Shown here one piece after another: positions 28,991-39,347 of a stretch of DNA of 40,872 bases (position 1 is its first letter; every line of letters begins with the position of its first letter). The notes under the pieces were generated by a model. That model made no database searches and was not told the DNA's origin. It saw only the letters and a list, made by a program, of their open reading frames with translations. Made by a program: the position numbers and the translations under genes. The DNA comes from an uncultured virus (IMG/VR IMGVR_UViG_3300025371_000001) (taxonomy: Adnaviria > Zilligvirae > Taleaviricota > Tokiviricetes > Ligamenvirales > Lipothrixviridae), in the IMG/VR virus record IMGVR_UViG_3300025371_000001; one strand, 5' to 3'.

Positions 28991-29318
28991 GGATGATGAT
29001 AGGATGTTAGACATATTGATAAATTCGGCAGATAACCGTACAGAACTAGAAAAACATATGGATTATATCGCCAAACTACTTAAGGACAACTTACAAGACG
29101 TCATAGATAACGCTATTGACGTACAACTTTACGTCTCTTTACCAAGTAAAGAACCAGTAGGTTTCGACATCGGTATAACTATTGGAGGCCCCAACATACG
29201 GTTAATTTACAGTAGAGGAGCGTGTAAATTACAAGGAGCATGGGGATTTCAAACGGACGAAAAATACATAGACAACGAAATTTGTGAAACGATATTAGAC
29301 TATTTAACGCAAGCATGA
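28983..29318 (+). CDS. Hypothetical acidic protein (GGPNI...WG motif)
   Basis: Overlaps the previous gene; GGTGA SD. Confidence 0.7.
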   Translation: MSEDDDRMLDILINSADNRTELEKHMDYIAKLLKDNLQDVIDNAIDVQLYVSLPSKEPVGFDIGITIGGPNIRLIYSRGACKLQGAWGFQTDEKYIDNEICETILDYLTQA

Positions 29319-29336
29319 TTTTCGCTGGTGAAAAAA

Positions 29337-29753
29337 ATGAAGGAAAAAATTATTAAGTTCTTTTCGTTTTTCAAGCACAAAACTAATAACGAAATTCTGC
29401 AGATTAACAATGAAATTCCACCAGACGTTCCTAAAAACGTTGTGGACGCGGCAAAAGAAGTAGCGTATTTCACAACGTTTTACGGTTTCTTTTTACAAAC
29501 GTCTAACCTGATAAAGACGTTAAAACATGGGTACTACACTTTAGGACGTAATGTTGACGAAAAACTTATCAACGCTATTAAAGATGGGTTTGATGACTTA
29601 ATAAGGTTAGCAACTGACGATAAAATAAAGACGTCACTCCAACAGACACGTGATGAAGTAATAAACTCCCTGAAGAACCACGACTTTGACAACGCAGAAA
29701 AAGCAATAAAGACGTTACTAGAGGAGGTTGATGAAGATGATGATGACAGCTAA
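29337..29753 (+). CDS. Hypothetical protein
   Basis: GGTGA SD. Confidence 0.7.
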   Translation: MKEKIIKFFSFFKHKTNNEILQINNEIPPDVPKNVVDAAKEVAYFTTFYGFFLQTSNLIKTLKHGYYTLGRNVDEKLINAIKDGFDDLIRLATDDKIKTSLQQTRDEVINSLKNHDFDNAEKAIKTLLEEVDEDDDDS

Positions 29754-30087
29754 AAGCGTGAAAGTTTTGGGTTACGAACTTAACGACGATAAACTCACGC
29801 TTCATATAGAAATAACGCTACCAGAAAAAGTAGATAAAACGGCTACGTTACTCAACGCTTCAGTATACGGAAACATTTCACTAATAAAGACTGGCATTTT
29901 CTCAATACGGCCTAGAAAGACGATTTTAACCACAACTCGTTTTGAATTAACGAAATATGAACTTAACGACGATAAACTCATAGCTCACGGAGAAACTAAA
30001 CTTAGCAAAGACGTCCTTCAATACGTCAACAAAAAAGGCGTTAAACTTGTTATCGACGTTTTTGGAGACGTTTATTTAATTTTTTAA
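29731..30087 (+). CDS. Hypothetical protein with internal YELNDDKL duplication
   Basis: GGAGG SD; motif repeated twice; start approximate. Confidence 0.65.
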   Translation: MKMMMTAKSVKVLGYELNDDKLTLHIEITLPEKVDKTATLLNASVYGNISLIKTGIFSIRPRKTILTTTRFELTKYELNDDKLIAHGETKLSKDVLQYVNKKGVKLVIDVFGDVYLIF

Positions 30088-30104
30088 CACCTTAGGTGAT
30101 AGTG

Positions 30105-30725
30105 ATGGGATATACGCATTACTGGTTCATACTTAACAAAAATGATGTTAATAATGTATTACCTACCGTCATTAACGAATACAGAAAATATATTGACAAT
30201 TTTAAATACGACGCGAATATAAATATAAACGGAAACGATATATCGATATCCTCTCGAAACGATGAAGGAGAGACGTTTACGTTAAGTCACGTTTACAACT
30301 TAGAAGTGTATTTAGCAAAGTACGACTTACCACGTATTATTAAAAAAGCTAGACGCTTGAAACTCTACACTATTAATGACAAAAAAGTAAAAACGTTTAT
30401 ACGCAAAAACTTTAGAAAAACTAAAGCAAAATTCGGGTTTGTAAAGACGAATTTAGGAGACTATGATAAAGCTGTTACAACGTTCTTAGCGTTGCTTAAA
30501 TTCTACGCTAAAGACGCTATAATTATTGAAACTGATGGCGATAATGATACGTGGTACGATACGTTTGAATTGTTACGTGGTAAATACTGTGAGTTTACTG
30601 TAAGACACGTAAACGCCCTCGATTATTTATTCGATTATCTATACTTAAGAGACTTAATTAACGCACCCATACTTAGTCCGTATGAAGGACTAATATGCTC
30701 AAAACAAGACGTGGTGAAAAAATGA
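30105..30725 (+). CDS. Hypothetical viral protein (MGYTHYW...FxKT...YD type)
   Basis: GGTGA SD; N-terminal MGYTHYW, recalled from phage proteins of unknown function. Confidence 0.7.
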   Translation: MGYTHYWFILNKNDVNNVLPTVINEYRKYIDNFKYDANININGNDISISSRNDEGETFTLSHVYNLEVYLAKYDLPRIIKKARRLKLYTINDKKVKTFIRKNFRKTKAKFGFVKTNLGDYDKAVTTFLALLKFYAKDAIIIETDGDNDTWYDTFELLRGKYCEFTVRHVNALDYLFDYLYLRDLINAPILSPYEGLICSKQDVVKK

Positions 30726-31411
30726 AGAAGACAAATAGTTCAGACGGCAATATAACGTTTAAAACGGAACTAATAAACGTTGAAGACAATAACGATAAGT
30801 TAAAGCTAACGTTTAAAACTACGGCTAGTGAACCACTAATCTTTAACTTTAATAACGAGGTTATTGCACTTACTGAAAATTACGACGTTTATGAAATACG
30901 GTTTGGCATATTTCCAACAATCACGCTTAACTATATGATGAAGAACGCTGGTACAGGCTATAACGAAATACCCATGAATGAATACGTTATACGTGTGGAT
31001 GCGTTAGGTTTCAACGACTTCGACGAATTTAAACAGTTCGTACTTAGATGTCCAATATACATACGCCATCTTGAACTTACATATCACATTTTTAATGCAC
31101 GTCCAGATTTGTCTTTATTATACACGGCTAAGATGACGTATAAACACGACATAAAAATAAATGATAATGAAATTAAAATAACGATGGAAAAAATACATAT
31201 TGACGCTATTATTAAGGAATTCGAGATTGACGAAAAAATGACGCTCAAGATACTAAACAAAAACGATCACGCGTTGCTAACGATAGGTAATATCCCTATT
31301 ATCGATTTTGGTAATATTATCAAGTATAACGACATCGCCAAAATACTTAAAGAAAGACCGAACGCAATGTTAAATACGTTAATAATGTTAATATTAACTT
31401 TTCTTTTCTAG
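30722..31411 (+). CDS. Hypothetical protein
   Basis: GGTGA SD; 4-nt ATGA overlap with the previous gene. Confidence 0.7.
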   Translation: MKKTNSSDGNITFKTELINVEDNNDKLKLTFKTTASEPLIFNFNNEVIALTENYDVYEIRFGIFPTITLNYMMKNAGTGYNEIPMNEYVIRVDALGFNDFDEFKQFVLRCPIYIRHLELTYHIFNARPDLSLLYTAKMTYKHDIKINDNEIKITMEKIHIDAIIKEFEIDEKMTLKILNKNDHALLTIGNIPIIDFGNIIKYNDIAKILKERPNAMLNTLIMLILTFLF

Positions 31412-31489
31412 ATATTGGAAACGTTTAATTGCGTCGTTCAAACGAAAACTTTTTAAACCCCCTTCTTCCTATTTTTTCTGGGTGAAAAA

Positions 31490-31699
31490 ATGCAAAAGGA
31501 AAAAATAATTAAAACTACGAAAAGAATAACCACGCTTTTTCTATTTTCAATTACGTCCATGTATATGACGAATTTAATTTACCATCTTACTCACGTTAAT
31601 TACGTTGAATACGCGTACTACGCTTTTTCTTTAATGATGGCGTTATTGCTTGAACCACTTACGTTTATGATCTACGCTTTAATAGGGGATGACAAATGA
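31490..31699 (+). CDS. Small two-TM membrane protein
   Basis: Two hydrophobic stretches; promoter cassette from 31432. Confidence 0.7.
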   Translation: MQKEKIIKTTKRITTLFLFSITSMYMTNLIYHLTHVNYVEYAYYAFSLMMALLLEPLTFMIYALIGDDK

Positions 31700-33690
31700 T
31701 GAACGAGTTTACGTTTGAATCATTTAAAAATTACGTTTCTAAATACGTTGTAGGAGAAGACGATATAATCAAGTTAATATACGTTGGTATTAACGCTGCA
31801 AGACGTTCAAAAACGTTACCAGCATTTTTACTACGTGGCCCGCCTGGAGCGGGCAAAACTATGATAACGCAAATAGTCGCTGACTACTTTAACGCTAACT
31901 ACGTCTTTATTCAAACTACTTTAAACACGACTGAAGACGAATTAATATACAAATTCGTCCCATCTGAACAAACGAAATCGGGAGTACGTGTACAATACGG
32001 TCCGTTACCAGACGCGTTAATAAAATCACGCGAAAAAATCACGGTACTTACGATAGATGAATTCGACAAGACGAGGCCTTCAGCTGACGCTTTATTACTT
32101 GACTACTTACAAAACGCTAGAGTTTCGTTTAGAATTGACGATAAAGAAGACGTTATCGTCGGTGATAAAGATAACTTAATCGTATTTATAACGTCAAACG
32201 ACAACAGAGAATTCTCTGAACCACTTTTAAGACGTGTAATAACGATAAACTTTAAACTACCTGATCCTAAAGACGTTGAAAAATTACTAAGAAGACACTT
32301 TGATGATGATAAGATTGTTAAGACGTTAACGACTATATATATCGCTGGTTTAACTACGGAATTAACTAAGCCAATAACGATACAAGAACTTATACAACTA
32401 GGTTACGCAATGACGGTTATGCCAGACGTTGACTTCAATCAATTATTACTTTCGTTTGTAGTAAAGAACGTTGAAGACTTAAATAACCTAAACGAAGCGA
32501 TGAGAAGACTTGATGTAAAACAAATACAACAACAGACGCAGTTACCCAACGTTGTAGAAACATTAGTAGAAACGGTTAACAACTTAACATCACAACAACA
32601 ACCTACTACTACAGTGCAACAAACGTTACAACAACCTACTACAGTACAACAACTATTAACTAAGATAAAACTACCTGTTAACAAAATTGTTCAAACAGTA
32701 AACAACGTAGATAAGGTTAAGGACGAGGTTGAAAGTACGTTTAATGCTGCAATCGACATGAATACGTTTGACGAGTACGACGCAATAATCAAAACGTTTA
32801 AACCTGAACCAACGAATAGACCAGACGTTTTAGGAAAGTTTAAAGTCGTTCTTGACGATACGTTAAGGTTAACGGCTGACAAACCGTTAACGATAAACGA
32901 ATTAAACAGACTTTATAATAAACTCAACTTTGAAGCGTACGTTGAAGATTACGTTTATTTACGCCGTGGACACAAAAACTTTATTAAGTTTTTAGAAGAC
33001 AAATACCCTGAACTACACTTTACATACTATACTAAAGACGTAATTGTAGCCGTTGATAAAAATAACGACAAGACTTTCTTTGTTTTACGCCTAGATAACG
33101 TTAAAGGACTGTTGTATAAAGCTAAAATTTACGTTAATAAACAAGACATAGACGACGTTAGAAGAAGAAAACAAAGCAGCTTTATTGAAGACGTTGAAAG
33201 TGGTTATCAATTACAACACGTTTTTAAGAACATAGTTAACGAATTATATTCGAATAGGTACGATATAATTGACGGTAAGTTCAGGCTAACTGACGATTAT
33301 AACGGTTTAATTAACTTCATAAACGACGTTAAAGAGATAATTAATCCACGTGTTAAAATAACCTTAACGAAAGGATATAAATCAACGGCATATGCTAGGA
33401 GATCGTATAGTGACGGTCGTAATTATATGGTTTACGATTATGTTGACGTTCAAGATAACTGCGTCAAATTCAGGTTTGACTACATAAATATTACGAGAAC
33501 TACAACTAATCAAGACGCTAAGGAAGTGGAATACGACATAACTAACGACATACAAGGGATCGTAAATAAATACGTTGGAGAATACGACATAAACGGGATA
33601 ATGATATATGTAAAAATGCTCGAAGAAATCGGCGATTATGTTAGGAACGTATTCAAAAAACTAGATGAGGTGGTCAAAAATGACGATTAA
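31696..33690 (+). CDS. MoxR-type AAA+ ATPase with long C-terminal extension
   Basis: GPPGAGKT, TIDEFDK, ITSN, PLLRR; Q/T-rich linker. Confidence 0.88.
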   Translation: MMNEFTFESFKNYVSKYVVGEDDIIKLIYVGINAARRSKTLPAFLLRGPPGAGKTMITQIVADYFNANYVFIQTTLNTTEDELIYKFVPSEQTKSGVRVQYGPLPDALIKSREKITVLTIDEFDKTRPSADALLLDYLQNARVSFRIDDKEDVIVGDKDNLIVFITSNDNREFSEPLLRRVITINFKLPDPKDVEKLLRRHFDDDKIVKTLTTIYIAGLTTELTKPITIQELIQLGYAMTVMPDVDFNQLLLSFVVKNVEDLNNLNEAMRRLDVKQIQQQTQLPNVVETLVETVNNLTSQQQPTTTVQQTLQQPTTVQQLLTKIKLPVNKIVQTVNNVDKVKDEVESTFNAAIDMNTFDEYDAIIKTFKPEPTNRPDVLGKFKVVLDDTLRLTADKPLTINELNRLYNKLNFEAYVEDYVYLRRGHKNFIKFLEDKYPELHFTYYTKDVIVAVDKNNDKTFFVLRLDNVKGLLYKAKIYVNKQDIDDVRRRKQSSFIEDVESGYQLQHVFKNIVNELYSNRYDIIDGKFRLTDDYNGLINFINDVKEIINPRVKITLTKGYKSTAYARRSYSDGRNYMVYDYVDVQDNCVKFRFDYINITRTTTNQDAKEVEYDITNDIQGIVNKYVGEYDINGIMIYVKMLEEIGDYVRNVFKKLDEVVKNDD

Positions 33691-35206
33691 AGTAATTAAA
33701 CCTACAATTTTGTATAACAAGTATCATCCTGAACACGAAGAAAAACCCGTTGTAGAACCTACTACAAAGACGTCTGAAGACGTTCACGGCGGTGATGAAA
33801 TAACGCAAAGTATGAAAGATCAACGCTTTGCACAACAACAAAACGAAAATCAGACACAGTCAGAACAACAACAAAATCAACAGAACAACGACAATAATGT
33901 ACAGCCTGGAGAACAAACTAACGAAAATACTCAATCACAAATTAACGGGAATCAACAGACTGAACAACAAAACAACAACACTCAACAAACTAACGAAATT
34001 CAACAAAACGAATTACAAAATGATAACGAAACTAATCAACAGAATAACAACAATAACGCACAAGCTGAACAGAATAACGAAACACAACAACAAAATCAAA
34101 ACGCTTCTTCTCAACCTGACGATAAACAAACTGAGCAACAAAATAACACTCAACAAACTGACGAAAGTCAGCAAAACGATCAGTCACAAACTAATCAACA
34201 ACAAAACGAATTACAAAATGATAACAACCAACAAAACGAAACTAATCAACAAAATAATAAGACACAGTCAGAACATCAACAAACTAACGAAAATCAACAG
34301 ACTGAAGAACAACAAAACGCTGAAAACGAAACAGAAGAACACACTTTGGACGATTCTGTAAGTGACAATCATCAAGAACAAGAAGTCGAAGAGGAGGACG
34401 ATGAAGGAGAACAATACGATTACTACGAAGATGAAGAAGAACAAGAAGACACGATACAATATAACACACAACAAGCATTTGAGATAAACGAAGAACACAA
34501 CATTGAAAGACAACTGTACTTAACGTTTTATAGACTCGTTGAATACTTAAGCGACGAAGAAAAACAACCTACGTTACTACCTGGTCAAACGTTAGTACTA
34601 AACGTTAAGAAACTCATGATGAGACAGTACGAAAGGAAACCCATCAACGCTTACTACTACTATAGGACGAGGTCACAAGTCGTTTTAATACTCGACAACA
34701 GCGGTTCAATGGCGTGGTTAATGGACGAGTTAAGCACGTTCTTTAAAGCAGCTTTGAAGAGGAAAGACGTAATAATATACGTTGCACCGAACGGACACAT
34801 AGAAGAATATTATAACGATAAGACTAAACGTTTTGAAGTAATTGACCATGAAGACGCTATACAACAAATAATAAAGTCGTCATTACCAGTCATCTACGTT
34901 GGAGACTTCGACGGTGCAAACACGCCAATAGAACTATCGTGGACCAACCGCGTTTATTGGATATGTACTGAAACACGTTACAAGTACTTTTCACATCACG
35001 ATTGGGTAGGTCGTTGTCTAAAAGAAGACGATTTCGGTAATTGTGAAGACTTTCGTCCCTATTACGAAGACGACTTTAAGGGATTTTTCGGAAGAGCGTT
35101 TAACGACGAAGAGATAATAACGGTATTAAAAGAATTCGCTAAGAACATACAGAAACAACGCTTCTGGTACGATAAGCACGACATAAAAGACTTTAGTGAA
35201 GAGTGA
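33680..35206 (+). CDS. vWA-like protein with long Q/N/E-rich disordered N-terminal region
   Basis: ILDNSGSM MIDAS and YVGDFDG; about 200-aa low-complexity tract. Confidence 0.8.
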   Translation: MTIKVIKPTILYNKYHPEHEEKPVVEPTTKTSEDVHGGDEITQSMKDQRFAQQQNENQTQSEQQQNQQNNDNNVQPGEQTNENTQSQINGNQQTEQQNNNTQQTNEIQQNELQNDNETNQQNNNNNAQAEQNNETQQQNQNASSQPDDKQTEQQNNTQQTDESQQNDQSQTNQQQNELQNDNNQQNETNQQNNKTQSEHQQTNENQQTEEQQNAENETEEHTLDDSVSDNHQEQEVEEEDDEGEQYDYYEDEEEQEDTIQYNTQQAFEINEEHNIERQLYLTFYRLVEYLSDEEKQPTLLPGQTLVLNVKKLMMRQYERKPINAYYYYRTRSQVVLILDNSGSMAWLMDELSTFFKAALKRKDVIIYVAPNGHIEEYYNDKTKRFEVIDHEDAIQQIIKSSLPVIYVGDFDGANTPIELSWTNRVYWICTETRYKYFSHHDWVGRCLKEDDFGNCEDFRPYYEDDFKGFFGRAFNDEEIITVLKEFAKNIQKQRFWYDKHDIKDFSEE

Positions 35207-35210
35207 GAAC

Positions 35211-35624
35211 ATGAAGATAGATGAACTGCTTAAACGCTTAGAGAACGTTGAAATTAAAGAAAGACGCGTAATGAAGTCGTTAAAACAGATGTTTAACTAC
35301 GCGAAAAAGAAAGGAGGAGAAACAACGTTCTGTATACGCGTTATTAAAAGCTACTTAGACTACGACCCTGATAACCCTCAATATAAAATGATTAAAGTAA
35401 CCCTCTACGCTGAAGACAACGTAATATACAAAGCGGTCATCGAAGAAGAAGGATACCCAATCAACATAGTATACGTGGACTACGCTGGAATTATCCACGA
35501 AAAAATAGACGAATATGGATCTACGGAAGAAGTCGTTAACGGTTACAGCAGCGTAGAAGACTACTTAAAACTACTACTACCTGAACCAGACAAGTTTTTT
35601 GGAGAAAAAATAGAAACGTGTTAA
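35211..35624 (+). CDS. Hypothetical protein carrying the MKIDELLKRLENV tag
   Basis: N-terminal tag only; the body is unrelated to the family. Confidence 0.7.
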   Translation: MKIDELLKRLENVEIKERRVMKSLKQMFNYAKKKGGETTFCIRVIKSYLDYDPDNPQYKMIKVTLYAEDNVIYKAVIEEEGYPINIVYVDYAGIIHEKIDEYGSTEEVVNGYSSVEDYLKLLLPEPDKFFGEKIETC

Positions 35625-35829
35625 AAATAACGTAGTGTATAGTTCTAATTTCGTACTTTTGCTACTTATAGCATTTCGTACTTTCTCCTTCTTTTTCTCA
35701 ACGTTAACATGTCTCAACTATACGAAATTTTTTTCAGCCTTCTAAATTTCTTCCACCTGAGAGAAATTCAAACTTTAGAAAGAAAAGCTTATAAGCCCCC
35801 TTTGCATAAATATCCAGCAGGTGGGAAAA

Positions 35830-36630
35830 ATGGAAGGGAAAAAAATCAAAAAATCTAAATCCCGCCCTATGGGCGGCATGACCCTGGGGGACTTTTTTGC
35901 AATGTCCCCCGAAATAGCTGAATGGTTGGGGTTAAAACCCCAACCTTATCCAATAACGTCTACTACTTCTAACAACGTAATTTCGCTAAACAACGTTCAA
36001 ATAAAAACTTCTGCTTCTAACAACAACGTAAGTGTTAAAGACGTTTCCATAACCACGTCTTCTAACCACGTTCCAAAAACGCTAGATTTACTACGTAAGT
36101 TTAACGACGACTTAGAAAACAACGTAGTAATAAACGACTTGAAAGACGCTTTACAACAACGTAAGATCATTAATAACGTTATATTCGGAAGATATTACGT
36201 TTATAAAATAACGTATCTAAACAACAACGTAATGAACGTTATCCCAATGACGTATGATAACTTCAAATTCGACGAATTAGCAATAACGTTTGACAACGAC
36301 GATGAATTACAATTATTAAACAACGCTTTGAATAACAACGATAAGGACGCTGAACTAAACGAAATAGCTAACGATATCTTTAACGCTTTGAGAAACGATA
36401 ATACAACAACCATAATAGACGTTTTAAATAACGTCAGAAAGACGAATTTAATATACGGTAAGAAATACGACTACAAAATAAACGAATTTGAACTACGCAA
36501 AAACGACAACAAATACGAATTAACAATAAACGTAACAGTAATGACGAAAAACAGGCACGAGAAAATATACGACTTATCAATAACGTTTGATGATAACGAC
36601 TTAAAGCAAATAAGTGATAACGATGAGTAA
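35830..36630 (+). CDS. Asn-rich hypothetical protein with internal duplicated domain
   Basis: DELAITFDNDDELQ / DLSITFDDNDLKQ and IFGRYYVYKI / IYGKKYDYKI repeats; TATA CTTATAAG and GGTGG SD. Confidence 0.75.
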   Translation: MEGKKIKKSKSRPMGGMTLGDFFAMSPEIAEWLGLKPQPYPITSTTSNNVISLNNVQIKTSASNNNVSVKDVSITTSSNHVPKTLDLLRKFNDDLENNVVINDLKDALQQRKIINNVIFGRYYVYKITYLNNNVMNVIPMTYDNFKFDELAITFDNDDELQLLNNALNNNDKDAELNEIANDIFNALRNDNTTTIIDVLNNVRKTNLIYGKKYDYKINEFELRKNDNKYELTINVTVMTKNRHEKIYDLSITFDDNDLKQISDNDE

Positions 36631-37054
36631 CGTCATTAAAATTAACAACGTTACTATAAGTACGTCTTCATCTCCTAACAACGTTTCTCGTAAAATAACG
36701 CAGAAGTATAACAACGTTAAAACAACGCAGCATAACAACGGTTTACCAATCACGATATTTGTTGAAAACGTTAACAACAAAATCGCAATAATGCACGTTC
36801 ATGGACGTTTAACTTACGCTTACTTACAAAAATTACTACGTTATCTTGAACAAAACGTTATACAACAACTAAATTACGATATGATCGCAATATGTACGGA
36901 TTTACCACCGTATTACTTACAACAAATCACGCTACTGCTTAACAACTATAACTACGATGTGGGATACTACGACTCATCTACGTCTACGATGTACTTTAAA
37001 CACTTTTCAATAATTTACGCTTCTAATTACGATGAGGTGAGAAACGATGACTAA
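36623..37054 (+). CDS. Hypothetical protein
   Basis: Operonic overlap; GTGA SD. Confidence 0.7.
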   Translation: MSNVIKINNVTISTSSSPNNVSRKITQKYNNVKTTQHNNGLPITIFVENVNNKIAIMHVHGRLTYAYLQKLLRYLEQNVIQQLNYDMIAICTDLPPYYLQQITLLLNNYNYDVGYYDSSTSTMYFKHFSIIYASNYDEVRNDD

Positions 37055-37472
37055 CTACAAACGTGCAATAATGCATACTTGGAACGTAATTAACAACGTT
37101 AACAACGTATTGCTACTTAAATGTACGTGTTGTGAAAAACCACGCATTGGAGTCGCTGAACAACATGAAAAAGTACGTTATTACGACGATACTAAAGTAA
37201 CGTATAATGAACTAACGTTCTTGTACCACGGATATGACTATAATTACGCTGAAGAACTATTTAATAAACTCGTTCAAAAACACAATAACAAAAACGATGA
37301 GGACTATTATGACGAAGACGAGAGTAACAACGACGAGAACAACACTACACCTAACAACAATGTTGATAATAAGCGTAACAACAATAACAACGACAATAGG
37401 ACGTTAGTAATAAACAACGTGAAAATAACTATATCTAATCCACGTTTCCACGTAAGAGGTGAAAGACGATGA
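37047..37472 (+). CDS. Asn/Asp-rich hypothetical protein
   Basis: GAGGTGA SD. Confidence 0.7.
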   Translation: MTNYKRAIMHTWNVINNVNNVLLLKCTCCEKPRIGVAEQHEKVRYYDDTKVTYNELTFLYHGYDYNYAEELFNKLVQKHNNKNDEDYYDEDESNNDENNTTPNNNVDNKRNNNNNDNRTLVINNVKITISNPRFHVRGERR

Positions 37473-38170
37473 GCAATGACGATTGGTTCGATGAACTACT
37501 AAAAGACGTAAACATACGTTCTAAACAACGCAAAAACGAAGAAGATAACGTAGCTAAAAACGTTAAGATAAAGATTAGAAACGTAGACGATAACAACGCG
37601 ATAATAGTCGTTGATTATGATTTTAAGAACGGTACAAAAACGTTAATGTTATATCCTCAACAACGTTTAGAGGACTTTTTAGCACAAATAACGACTAAAC
37701 GCGATATAGACGTTTTAAAGTATGTCGTGAAAACGTTAAAATCATACGCTGACATGAACAACGTCTTGAAAGAGTTAATGACGTTTGACCTGGATGAATA
37801 TTATGAAAACAACGTTAAGAAGAGACGCGTTATGTTGAACAACGTTACTACAAACATTAATAACGTTATACAAAACAACGCTACTGGACCGCAAAACAAC
37901 GTTAATAATTACGATGAGCAGAACGACAGTATACAACAAAACAACTACGATGAACAACTACTACAACAACTACGCGATTTGTTGAAGGATCTGAATAACG
38001 TTAACCTGAACGACGTACATAACAACGATGAATTATACAACGCAGCTAATTACATTATACAACGCTTCTTAACGTTTTTAATAGACGTTAACAATGCTCA
38101 CAACAACGTTATAAACAACGTTATAAACTACTTAAGAAAACATATTAATAACGACGGTGATGGAGAATGA
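37469..38170 (+). CDS. Asn-rich hypothetical protein
   Basis: GAGGTGA SD; ATGA overlap. Confidence 0.7.
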   Translation: MSNDDWFDELLKDVNIRSKQRKNEEDNVAKNVKIKIRNVDDNNAIIVVDYDFKNGTKTLMLYPQQRLEDFLAQITTKRDIDVLKYVVKTLKSYADMNNVLKELMTFDLDEYYENNVKKRRVMLNNVTTNINNVIQNNATGPQNNVNNYDEQNDSIQQNNYDEQLLQQLRDLLKDLNNVNLNDVHNNDELYNAANYIIQRFLTFLIDVNNAHNNVINNVINYLRKHINNDGDGE

Positions 38171-38580
38171 CATACGTTAATGAAAAGTTCACAACGCCGT
38201 TACATCCAAAACGAAAAATACTACTACCACGTAGTATTTACGATCAACAACAATTTATTACGTCTTTCTTTTTCGATGTAGTTGATAACGATGAATACGA
38301 ATACATTATATTTACGTTTCTGATGAAAAACGCATTTAAGATATATCTAAACGTCTGGAGAGAACAACGTAAATTTATCAACTATTTGAAGACGTTTAAG
38401 GACGAATTCAAAAACGCATATGACTATTATCAACGTCTTTTGATTACTACGAAACAACGTATATACGATACAACTCACGCCATAGCGTGTTTCTTCACGT
38501 TTGACGACGACATTAAAGAGATTTTAACGATATACGTTAATGAACTGTTTTGCAATTACGTTAACGACGCGTTATGTTAA
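38167..38580 (+). CDS. Hypothetical protein
   Basis: ATGA overlap; GGTGA/GGAG SD. Confidence 0.65.
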   Translation: MTYVNEKFTTPLHPKRKILLPRSIYDQQQFITSFFFDVVDNDEYEYIIFTFLMKNAFKIYLNVWREQRKFINYLKTFKDEFKNAYDYYQRLLITTKQRIYDTTHAIACFFTFDDDIKEILTIYVNELFCNYVNDALC

Positions 38581-38885
38581 GTTGTTATTTTTTATCCTCT
38601 ATTTTTCTCATCTCTGAAATAATATTTCTTCTTTCCTCCTCTTTCTCCTTTCTCTTTATCAAGTTTCTCATTTTCGTAAAATTATTCCGTTCAATTTTTC
38701 CTCATGCAGCTTTGTTGTTTTTCAAATTTCTTTCTTTGGAGCGAAATTTAGTTTTTATAAGGATCATCAAAGATAAATTTAATTTCTCCAATCTGAGAGA
38801 AATTGAAAAGTTTAAGCCTTCATTCCTAGACTTATGAAGAAAAGCTTATAAAGGAGGAATGAGATTTGGAACATGCGTGAAAAAA

Positions 38886-39347
38886 ATGGAGATAAAAGTT
38901 AAGTCAAATTCAAACCCTAAAACAAATCCCTCTCCTCAAACAAATCAAAACCAATTAAATTCCCCTCAAAGAGCAAATCTACAACCACAAAATTTAAATT
39001 CGGCTATAAATATGCCTGAAGAAATTGAAAAATTATACAATATGCTATTACAATTCCAGCAAATGCGTAATCAAAACCAAAACAACAAAAATAACGAATA
39101 CATCGTTAAGTCGGGAATGAAAGCGTCTATTGTAGCAATTAGAGCAGAACAAGCACTTCTACTAAATAAATCTATAACATTATCAGGATTAGGTTATGCT
39201 ATTGTACCATTAATAGACGCAATAATGTTAGTTAGGAAGGATATGGCAAAGGTAGGGAAAAATGTAGATATTCAAATAGAACTATTTGAACAACACACTA
39301 ACAGTAAAACAATTAGTGGAGTTAGGGCAATTCTCTCTTTAAGTTAA
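38886..39347 (+). CDS. Alba-like nucleic-acid-binding protein with N/Q-rich N-terminal extension
   Basis: EYIVKSG...ITLSGLGYAIVPLIDAIMLVR...ISGVRAILS follows the Alba fold pattern. Confidence 0.6.
   Translation: MEIKVKSNSNPKTNPSPQTNQNQLNSPQRANLQPQNLNSAINMPEEIEKLYNMLLQFQQMRNQNQNNKNNEYIVKSGMKASIVAIRAEQALLLNKSITLSGLGYAIVPLIDAIMLVRKDMAKVGKNVDIQIELFEQHTNSKTISGVRAILSLS

Noticed and set aside
33828..34513. Alternative-frame ORFs in the Q/N tract (33828-34361 +, 34268-34513 -, 34284-34478 -)
   Set aside because: Low-complexity shadows of the vWA gene.
38574..38837. 87-aa Phe/Leu/Ser-rich ORF
   Set aside because: It lies in the triplicated T-rich module, and no equivalent ORF is listed for the other copies.
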